From the IMG/VR virus record IMGVR_UViG_3300020205_001316: a DNA stretch of 64,000 nt. One strand, written 5' to 3'. Each line of letters opens with the position of its first letter. Position 1 is the stretch's first letter. A program made the position numbers and the translations under genes. A model generated the notes under the pieces. That model was not told where the DNA came from, did not search any database, and saw only the letters and a program-made list of their open reading frames with translations. The stretch is from an uncultured virus (IMG/VR IMGVR_UViG_3300020205_001316) (Duplodnaviria > Heunggongvirae > Uroviricota > Caudoviricetes). Shown here piece after piece: positions 57,301 through 64,000 of this stretch.

Positions 57301-59234
57301 GATGTCTGTGAACCACTTAAAATCAAATTATCATATGATTCAAATCCAGTAGATTGTCCGCCTACAAAATCAATATCAATATTAAAATTAGCGGCCCTTA
57401 ATGGAATACAAATATCATCGGCTACACCACTTAATACTACTGATTGTAAAATAGGTAATGCACTTAATTCGGAAATCCAAAGTGTGTCATTTTTATTTAT
57501 ATTAGTAGGTAATGGTTCGTATAATTTTATTACAACACTTTTATTTATTTGACCGTCTGGAATTTGGTTACCTAATTCATCTGTTTTAAATTTAGTAAAC
57601 GTAGTATTATCAACATCCCAATTTGAAATTACAATTTGTTTATCATCTTTATCAAATGATGCTAAATGATTTAAATATTTTGGTTTGCTTAAATTAAGTT
57701 TTAATTGAGATGAAATTGCATTAAACAATTCATCTTTTAAATTTTGAGTAGAAACATAAAATCCAGGATCATCAAATGAAATACTTATTCTTTCTATTTC
57801 ACCTTTAATGGAGCCGTTGTAAGGTACTAATAATAAATCAAGTATACCATTTTTTACAAATGTCTTTAAATTATTATATGTACTATTGTAACTTGTTTTT
57901 GCTGCACCATTTGCTAATAGATAATTATCATCTTCTTTGGTATGATATACTAATATTTTTGTTGCTAAATTAGATTCATATTCAATTTTAAATGCAACAT
58001 CTCCAAAACTATAAATTGGTATTATTACTACTGTAGGATAATCTATTTTATCTATAATAGGAACATCAAATGTTTTTGATATTGTTACAATAGTTGGTTG
58101 TGTAATACCATCACCAAACACATTTGAATATGGTGTTAATAATATTTTAAATTGACCCTCATTATTTAAAAAATGAGTTTTTAAATCTAATGTAATTTTT
58201 TTAGTATCAACTGCTTTAGTAGAAATATCATATACAAATTCTTTATATGGGGTGGTAATTCTAACGGAATCTGAATTTTCTAATGTAAATTCAATATTAA
58301 TATCAGCTGATGCTGTTTTTGAATCAAATATTGATTCTAATATTTTTGCATTAAAATTTTTATATGAATCGGAAATTGTTAATTTAGGATATAGGATATC
58401 ATTAGGTTCTACTTCTATTAAAACTATAATGTTATTATTAAAAATATTTGCTGGTATTATAACTTCTATACCATTAGTTCCTATAATATTAAAATCATTT
58501 ATATCAAATGTACTATTACTATTAAATTTACTAGCATATTGCCATCTAATATTTTTAGGTTTAAATTTAGCTAAACCAGATACTAATATTTTAACATCAT
58601 CAATTGTATATCCTATAATGTCAATATCATTTTTAACACCCAAATTAGTTAAATCATATTGAACACCATTTGATGTTACTCGTATTTTTAATTCATTTAT
58701 TAAATCTGCATTTAAAAAATTACTTACAAATGATATGTTTTGAATTTTAGTAACAACCGGATCACGTTTAGGTTTAGCTGCTTCTATATCAAATCCCAAC
58801 TCAATTGTCAATGGTAGTATGCAATCTTTTGTTGATTGTATATCACCATTTTCATTATATGCGTTTAAAGTTATACCATTTATTGTTTTTTTAAATTCAA
58901 AATAATTTTTTGAAATATACCCATCATTAATAGTGGGTTTAATTAATAAACTATCATTTATTGTATTTGAATCAATTGAAACTGAATTTGTTTCTTGATA
59001 TGTTTGACCTTGTACATCGAAGGTCATTTGATTTTTAAAATTGGTAGAATTTTTAAAAGTAATTCGTATATCATTACCTCTTACCTTTGGTGAATACACT
59101 GGTGGTGTTGAACCACCAATAGTGCCACTATTACCATATACTCCGGTATTTTCATTTAAAATATCTAATGAAGTAAACGGAATGTAGTTACCACCCATCA
59201 TATTTTTTGAATACAAATTTTCTAAATATCCCAT
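54360..59234 (-). CDS. Large baseplate wedge-type protein with LamG-like domain
   Basis: 1624 aa; FLDMIGNYFD and NLPYLLKHKGSHRGIKALL (baseplate wedge/P2 gpI-like core); FKGHLEEIRLW (LamG-like). Confidence 0.6.
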   Translation of the reverse strand: MGYLENLYSKNMMGGNYIPFTSLDILNENTGVYGNSGTIGGSTPPVYSPKVRGNDIRITFKNSTNFKNQMTFDVQGQTYQETNSVSIDSNTINDSLLIKPTINDGYISKNYFEFKKTINGITLNAYNENGDIQSTKDCILPLTIELGFDIEAAKPKRDPVVTKIQNISFVSNFLNADLINELKIRVTSNGVQYDLTNLGVKNDIDIIGYTIDDVKILVSGLAKFKPKNIRWQYASKFNSNSTFDINDFNIIGTNGIEVIIPANIFNNNIIVLIEVEPNDILYPKLTISDSYKNFNAKILESIFDSKTASADINIEFTLENSDSVRITTPYKEFVYDISTKAVDTKKITLDLKTHFLNNEGQFKILLTPYSNVFGDGITQPTIVTISKTFDVPIIDKIDYPTVVIIPIYSFGDVAFKIEYESNLATKILVYHTKEDDNYLLANGAAKTSYNSTYNNLKTFVKNGILDLLLVPYNGSIKGEIERISISFDDPGFYVSTQNLKDELFNAISSQLKLNLSKPKYLNHLASFDKDDKQIVISNWDVDNTTFTKFKTDELGNQIPDGQINKSVVIKLYEPLPTNINKNDTLWISELSALPILQSVVLSGVADDICIPLRAANFNIDIDFVGGQSTGFESYDNLILSGSQTSQQIVDKYLVENFIDVNGINIDYSNFSNFVKYSSAVERLANFRYKKELAELYQTNIDILSDSTSITAQLDSVNIETKKTNLLTGLDSWETYLTQSIFTGSFITSFNSYGQPEEYDSNTATLYTSYLNTAAEFDKNNNNALKNNIPLHIVEDNGNIDYLLFLDMIGNYFDIIWSYIKGMSDQKKIAETNTDGIEDKFLYQYLQSFGWNPKNLNSNKQLWDYTFGYNNSGVTGSFTSDEHLGENIELITPEKATHQVWRRIANNLPYLLKHKGSHRGIKALLTCYGIPSSNLSIMEFGGPNIDIVEDAPKFIYESLTHNLVFDNISASLEIPFTGTPKPQSIEFKFKPNEFENYMLLTGSGDFKLEIVKDTASSIIGSKYGYIRVNGSSVDSSYPFYDGNYHSILLNKSSSSVNVYAKTNDKDRIIHSGEWTKNITGSNYEATSTLSFTGFKGHLEEIRLWETNLSESVFNNHVIMPEAINGNHLHSSTQDLLLRLDFERPQNLASNRTINNIAPSLTYVAAVSASGFATASAYPFNYDVLEREVALTIPNSGASRYYTNKVRLESQELVNNLSPIKRATKKAFESSTKDSNRVGLFFSPNKDLDLDIAKSLGGESFDDFIGDPQYEYNTINYPELDNLRNYYFERVGERNLYEFIRLIKFYDKSLFVNLKEMLPVRAVTTTGLLIAPHLLERNRIKINRPEATAESLDGVITETQITDLSSTFDYKEANLNLTASIENISGVNETLDGTLIASNTYNFNAEVDSITTTINTDLENVADASYITYEGEIDFRLKDPTILTELDLNYGNSIIGFDRYSDYGYGTYFNNGYGKYFYEENGSVKSKGIRAFLVTKQNTILTQLTVNGVSGSEQNIVTSSYSQELIVQDFSASVGLKLNGKDKIVAITTASGYLPSHYIYKGDKHSGIENLFYRGCKQTSYIENGVTSSYTTIDGKSPVETFTTNPTTLRVTSQGRSNNEPILEVD

Positions 59235-59238
59235 TGAG

Positions 59239-59247
59239 TATAAATAT
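59239..59247 (-). promoter_or_regulatory. Putative late promoter element ATATTTATA
   Basis: 4 nt upstream of ATG 59234. Confidence 0.6.
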
Positions 59248-59260
59248 CCTTATTTAATTT

Positions 59261-60484
59261 TTATTTTTGATAATCTTGATAAAGTGAGTTATCTACTTGA
59301 CCATAATTAAATTCACCAGGCATTGTTTGATTTCTTCCTCCACCTCTTCCACCTCCTCCACCATAGATAGGTGTAGGTTCAATAACTTTAATTGGTTGTG
59401 GTGGAACCGGAGGTACTATAACAGATGCAGTAACAGGTGGTGTAGTATTTATTACAACACTTGATTGTTTAACAACTCCTAATTTATTATTTTGTGTTAA
59501 ATTACTTTTTGATATGTAATTTGTATTAATTAATGATTGTAATAACTGAGAATCTACTTTGGTTTGTGTGTAATCTTTTGTTATTTGTGGGATATCATAG
59601 AATGCTAAAGATTTTGAATTATAATCAATGGATTCATGTAATCTATTATGTAACATATTTAATATTTCATCTGCAGAATAAAACTCATCCATATCAAATG
59701 AATTATTTGATATTTTACCATAATTAGATGATTGTATATTAAATTCTTTTCCTTCTAATTGGTAATTAACTGACTTTTTAAAATCGATAAATATTTTTTG
59801 TTTAAATTTAGTATATGTAAGTTCATTACCAAATTTAAATTCTTTAATAATTGAATCTAACCAAATTTTACCATGTTTAGTCACAAAATATGCATCAATT
59901 AAATCACTAATTTGGGTTTCAATCGAATCAATTGCATTTTTAATTACATCTACTAATTCTCTTAGTTCACTTGTTTTAGTTAGAAACGTATTATATCTAT
60001 GTTGAATTTTGTTATTATTTTCAGCATCTATACTTAATAATGGCATTACTCTAATTTCGCTTCTACTTGGTGAAATTTCATGTATCCAAACTCTTTGTTT
60101 TTTATCTTCGTTTCCTACATAGTTTTTTAAAAAATTAAAAGAAACTTTAAACTGACCATTTCCATATCCAGATTCTCTAATTAATTTTTCAACATCAATA
60201 TCAAATATTTTTTCTTGTGTTATTGTATCGATATCACTTTTAAGATATTTTGATAAATTATCTTTATGAATATATCTTACTTTTATACCACCGGTTTGTT
60301 CCAATAAATTATTAGAAATATCATATACTCTAAATTCAATAACATCATTTTTTGACATTCCAAAATCAGTAATGTTTTTTGCACCTGTTTTGAATATCTT
60401 TAAATCTTTGGATTCTACTAATTGCGCAGTACCATCTAAATTAAGATTTATATTTTCAATATTTTTAAAATCGTTTATTGCCAT
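59261..60484 (-). CDS. Hypothetical tail-module protein
   Basis: IHEISPSRSEIR motif; Pro-rich and poly-Gly C-terminal tail. Confidence 0.55.
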   Translation of the reverse strand: MAINDFKNIENINLNLDGTAQLVESKDLKIFKTGAKNITDFGMSKNDVIEFRVYDISNNLLEQTGGIKVRYIHKDNLSKYLKSDIDTITQEKIFDIDVEKLIRESGYGNGQFKVSFNFLKNYVGNEDKKQRVWIHEISPSRSEIRVMPLLSIDAENNNKIQHRYNTFLTKTSELRELVDVIKNAIDSIETQISDLIDAYFVTKHGKIWLDSIIKEFKFGNELTYTKFKQKIFIDFKKSVNYQLEGKEFNIQSSNYGKISNNSFDMDEFYSADEILNMLHNRLHESIDYNSKSLAFYDIPQITKDYTQTKVDSQLLQSLINTNYISKSNLTQNNKLGVVKQSSVVINTTPPVTASVIVPPVPPQPIKVIEPTPIYGGGGGRGGGRNQTMPGEFNYGQVDNSLYQDYQK

Positions 60485-60490
60485 AATTTA

Positions 60491-61726
60491 TTAGTTATAT
60501 GAATGAACTTTACCTTGGAATGTTTTACTTTCTACTTTACCACCTTTATCTATATCTGTTACTGTAATTGTAATTGTTTCTTCGTAATCAGTATATTTTT
60601 TTTGTGTTGCACCAAATATAGCCGCACCTATTGCAACTGCCGCTAATGCTGCCCAACCAACCGGACCTAATGCACCCAATATTGCTGCACCCGTACCAAG
60701 TGCAGCAGTAGTACCCGCCACCACTAATGCGGCACCGGCAGCTGCAGATGCCACTGCACCTGCAGCTATATAAGCCCCCGTAGCTACTGCAATTGCACTC
60801 GCTGCATATGCTGCATTTTTTAATCCCTTATTTTTAGGTGAAGGAACTGCATATATATTCGGTTTATCAAATTTAAATCTATCTTGTGAATTTGCTTTTA
60901 ATGTAAATGTTGATGGAACTAAAAAGAATGTTTGTTTAATATCTACTTTAATATCTTTAGGTCCAGCGATTACATCAACATATCCACTGCTCCATGCCTT
61001 AGCGTATCCCGCCGGTCCTTTTACTTTTTGACCACCATCTGATAAATCCATATCGTAAGCCAATCCTTTAGCTTCTGTGTTTTTAGCGGGGTCACCTTTT
61101 TCCCAAAGTATAGTAGCTAACTCACCAGTTGAAACACCCCCTGCTGCTATTGCCTGTGCTTTTGCACTTAATTGTTGTTGTGCTACTTGTAAACTTGCAT
61201 TTGCCTGAGCTAATAAATTGTTTAATGTATCTATTTGTTTAATTAATGCATTCTTTTGTGCCGTTAAACCACTATTCTCAGCTTCCAATGTTGTTCTTTC
61301 GGTTGCTTCATTAATTGCTTTAGTTAATGATGTTGTTAAACTAGTTCTTAATTCTAACGTTGTTTGTTGTATAGATACTATTGTATTTTCTAATTTAGCA
61401 TTTGTAACTTTTAAATTATCATTATCAATATATAAAGAACTACTATCCGATTTTAATGATTCAACTTGAGATAATAGGCCATCAACTTGTATCTGTAATG
61501 TATTTATTTCTCTTTCTAATTCTAAACTATGCGATACTTCTGCATCATAAACCGGTTTTGGTATTAAATCTAAATTAGTTTCCGGCAATGCTTTAATTAA
61601 CTCTATAACTTTAGTATCTACCGATTTTATTAACTCGGCTGTATTATATTGGTCAACATATAATTTTGTATTTATATTGTTGTCAACATTATCCGATATG
61701 TTAATATATGTTTTATCTATTGCCAT
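60491..61726 (-). CDS. Coiled-coil protein with long Ala/Gly hydrophobic segment
   Basis: Heptad region at about aa 65-190; a ~70-aa uncharged stretch ending LGPVGWAALAAVAIGAAIFGA. Confidence 0.55.
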   Translation of the reverse strand: MAIDKTYINISDNVDNNINTKLYVDQYNTAELIKSVDTKVIELIKALPETNLDLIPKPVYDAEVSHSLELEREINTLQIQVDGLLSQVESLKSDSSSLYIDNDNLKVTNAKLENTIVSIQQTTLELRTSLTTSLTKAINEATERTTLEAENSGLTAQKNALIKQIDTLNNLLAQANASLQVAQQQLSAKAQAIAAGGVSTGELATILWEKGDPAKNTEAKGLAYDMDLSDGGQKVKGPAGYAKAWSSGYVDVIAGPKDIKVDIKQTFFLVPSTFTLKANSQDRFKFDKPNIYAVPSPKNKGLKNAAYAASAIAVATGAYIAAGAVASAAAGAALVVAGTTAALGTGAAILGALGPVGWAALAAVAIGAAIFGATQKKYTDYEETITITVTDIDKGGKVESKTFQGKVHSYN

Positions 61727-63561
61727 TATTTGTAAATATCAAATGTACCGATTTCAAAAATTTCTTCATTATCGTCATCGATTGATTTTACTAATAATGT
61801 GTAGTTTCTACCAACTGACCAATTTGAAAAATTTAATTTTATTAAGTTATTAAATTCACCTTGTATAACTCTACTTGCATCTGAATATCCTATTATTGTT
61901 TCTTTTGTTAAAGTATCAATTATACTATAATATGCAGTTGATGGTAAGTAGTATTTTACTTGATATGCAAACGTAGTGTTAAATTGTTTAACTGGATATA
62001 ATTCTCTTGCATCAATTTTAAGTGTTACTTTTTGTCCTTGACGATATGATGTTTTTAAATTTGGTGAATAACATCTATACGAAACATCATAACTACTACT
62101 ATTAATAAAATCAGTAATTGTTGTTAAATCTCCACCCACCACATCATCTTCTAAATAAGTAATAACTAATTTAGGTTGATATATTGTATTAGTTTCTTTT
62201 GAGAACATTTTAATACTGCCATAATCAACTGAACCGGTTTCTTTATCAGTTGGAAATTTAAGTATAATACCATTATTTGCTATACTACCACTATTCCATT
62301 TTTTAACAAATGAAGTAACATCTAAATTAATATCTTCTATGGTGTATTGGAACGATTGTGATGCTACCGAAGATGTAAACCATGTACCACCAAGCCCAGT
62401 ATCAGAACCGGTTGTGAAGGCGTTAAAACTAGCTCCTTGTCCGTCTACATATGTATTGTTCCAAATAGTAGATGTATCATCTCCGTTTTTATAGTACCAA
62501 GTTGCACCATTTGTAGTAATTTTATCAAAACGAGTACCAGTACCATTTTCCCAACTTTGAGAAATTGGATATGCTTCAATATTAAAACTAGCAGCAATTT
62601 CATCTGCCTTAGTTATTTTTAATTGTAATGATGCACTAAACGGGAAATCATATCCACCATTTTGAATTGTACTTAAAATTGATTGTGATGTTGCATTATA
62701 TGATGCACTAATGGTACTAGAACTTATATCTGCTAGTTGCCAAATTAAATACTTTATATTTTTACTTTCATTTAATGTAAAAATTGATGCGGATAATATT
62801 GAAGCCGATGCTTGTAATTGAGGTATTTGTTTTCCCGCAAATATAGATGCCGATGTAGGTATATTATTTACTGCTATGTTAAATAAAACATTTAATTCAT
62901 CAATTTCATTTCTTAATGAAGATGATTGTAACAATAATGATGCCGATTGTTCTAATTGTGTAACATATGATTGTGAAATTGCATTAAAAGATGCACTTAA
63001 AGTATTGTCGGTTATTGAACTTGTTAATGCTGAATTATTTAATGTAAAATACGAAGATGACATTAAACTATATGATTCTGATATACCTGTTATTGTTGAA
63101 TTTATAATTGCAATTGATGCACTATTGGGAATTATTTGATTATATATGGATTGAGAAGCTTCTAAATAATCTGCAGAAATGGAAGTTGCGGTAATTGTTG
63201 TATAAGTAAATAAGGATGCCGATACTACACTAGCACTTGCATTTGTAATAAATAATGATTGTGATGTTGTACTATATGATGCAGATAAATAATTAGAAGC
63301 AGAAACACTAGATGACCAAGAACTAGAAATTAAATTATTACTATATATCGAAGATGATATCGTTTGTAATTTTGTATTTTGTAATTCAAATATACTTTTA
63401 GATATTTCCGTAGTATCAAACTGAATTAATACTCTACTAATATCCGGGGTTGAACCATAATCTACTCTTGAAATTTCTAGTATTTCATCTATACCAGTGT
63501 TTTGGTAAGGTTGTTGTAAGTATATAGTTGCATCTTGTGATGCTGTATAAAATAATATCAT
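61726..63561 (-). CDS. Tail/baseplate structural protein with Ser-rich insert
   Basis: DATIY...NTGIDEILEI...SRVLIQFD; W.NGTG; NNGIILK...FSKETNTIYQPKL; central SxS-dense region. Confidence 0.55.
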   Translation of the reverse strand: MILFYTASQDATIYLQQPYQNTGIDEILEISRVDYGSTPDISRVLIQFDTTEISKSIFELQNTKLQTISSSIYSNNLISSSWSSSVSASNYLSASYSTTSQSLFITNASASVVSASLFTYTTITATSISADYLEASQSIYNQIIPNSASIAIINSTITGISESYSLMSSSYFTLNNSALTSSITDNTLSASFNAISQSYVTQLEQSASLLLQSSSLRNEIDELNVLFNIAVNNIPTSASIFAGKQIPQLQASASILSASIFTLNESKNIKYLIWQLADISSSTISASYNATSQSILSTIQNGGYDFPFSASLQLKITKADEIAASFNIEAYPISQSWENGTGTRFDKITTNGATWYYKNGDDTSTIWNNTYVDGQGASFNAFTTGSDTGLGGTWFTSSVASQSFQYTIEDINLDVTSFVKKWNSGSIANNGIILKFPTDKETGSVDYGSIKMFSKETNTIYQPKLVITYLEDDVVGGDLTTITDFINSSSYDVSYRCYSPNLKTSYRQGQKVTLKIDARELYPVKQFNTTFAYQVKYYLPSTAYYSIIDTLTKETIIGYSDASRVIQGEFNNLIKLNFSNWSVGRNYTLLVKSIDDDNEEIFEIGTFDIYK

Positions 63562-64000
63562 TATAATGCTCTCCCTTTGATATCGGTATTAGGAAACTTC
63601 AATTCAAAAATAGAAGGGTCTAATGATGGATATACAATTTTATTCTTAGTTGCTGCTTTAATATCATATATGTATTTAGAATAACTTTCCATAGAACCAT
63701 CCCCACATATATTTGTTATTTCAACACTTGGTACCGATGATACACCCTCTACATTTGCAATATCCAATTCTAATTCACTAATATTAATTGGTTGATTTAT
63801 TTTTCTATTATATACGTTGAAATAATTAGTAATAGCTTGTACACAATTTAATATAACTTCTCTCTTATTATAATTTGAGTAAGTTGTTATTTCAAAATTT
63901 ACACCTACATTTATAACAAATCCATCTAATATATTAATTGCATCTGTAATTAATCTATACTCATTTAAATATGTTTTTAAGTTATTTTTAGTTGAATTAT
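63561..64000 (-). CDS. Baseplate wedge subunit (T4 gp6/BplJ-like), C-terminal part
   Basis: The frame is open to the window edge: NLKTYLNEYRLITDAINILDG...INQPINISEL..IANVEGVSSV...PSIFELKFPNTDIKG*. The ORF track shows only the last 68 aa. Confidence 0.75.
   Translation of the reverse strand, partial: NSTKNNLKTYLNEYRLITDAINILDGFVINVGVNFEITTYSNYNKREVILNCVQAITNYFNVYNRKINQPINISELELDIANVEGVSSVPSVEITNICGDGSMESYSKYIYDIKAATKNKIVYPSLDPSIFELKFPNTDIKGRAL

Noticed and set aside
13..63139. All plus-strand ORFs in the track (e.g. 13-201, 1425-1907, 14672-15073, 43816-44241, 58252-58662)
   Set aside because: They are antisense shadows of long minus-strand genes, with Ser/Phe/Leu-rich composition and no recognisable motifs.
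1..64000. Stop-codon reassignment (alternative genetic code), as seen in some large Bacteroidota phages
   Set aside because: Genes are full length under the standard code, and TAA, TAG and TGA all occur as real stops at tight gene junctions.
1..64000. tRNA genes, CRISPR arrays, introns/inteins, transposases
   Set aside because: Intergenic gaps are too short and show no cloverleaf or repeat-spacer pattern. TerL, primase and Mre11-Rad50 are uninterrupted, with no intein motifs seen.

Overview
This is a 64 kb, AT-rich segment of a large T4-like (myovirus-type) tailed phage. It almost certainly infects Bacteroidota, given two TTTG-N20-TAnnTTT(G/A) host-type promoters and a Bacteroidota-like ribosomal protein bS21. 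All credible genes are on the minus strand and use the standard code. In transcription order (right to left) the window holds: a baseplate/tail module (64.0-50.7 kb); a small DNA-metabolism island (T7-type endonuclease I, primase, single-chain Mre11-Rad50 fusion); a 2OG oxygenase and a 1265-aa tail fibre; a ~26 kb glycan synthesis and tailoring cluster (41.6-15.7 kb); and the head module. The glycan cluster has three GT7-LamG enzymes, four GT10-like proteins, GT2/GT4-like transferases, a methyltransferase, a sulfotransferase-like protein, two radical SAM enzymes, RmlC, three SDR epimerases, a DegT-like protein, split PDH-E1 alpha/beta, three more 2OG oxygenase domains and two SGNH-like proteins. 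The head module has a multi-enzyme polyprotein, TerL, portal, capsid-internal proteins, a GH19 endolysin, prohead protease, bS21 and scaffold. Most notable signals: (1) a dense [S/T]-[G/A/S/Q]-S motif largely confined to tail/baseplate proteins, a candidate sequon for a phage-encoded virion glycosylation system that may use a C-branched sugar; (2) a phage bS21 lacking the anti-SD-sequestering Tyr54, alongside SD-like sites on late genes; (3) a 1310-aa nucleotidyltransferase/ParB/ligase-like polyprotein with protease-type sites at its domain borders; (4) an ATATTTATA late element 3-23 nt upstream of 11 start codons. All annotations come from motif recognition by eye; no database searches were run.
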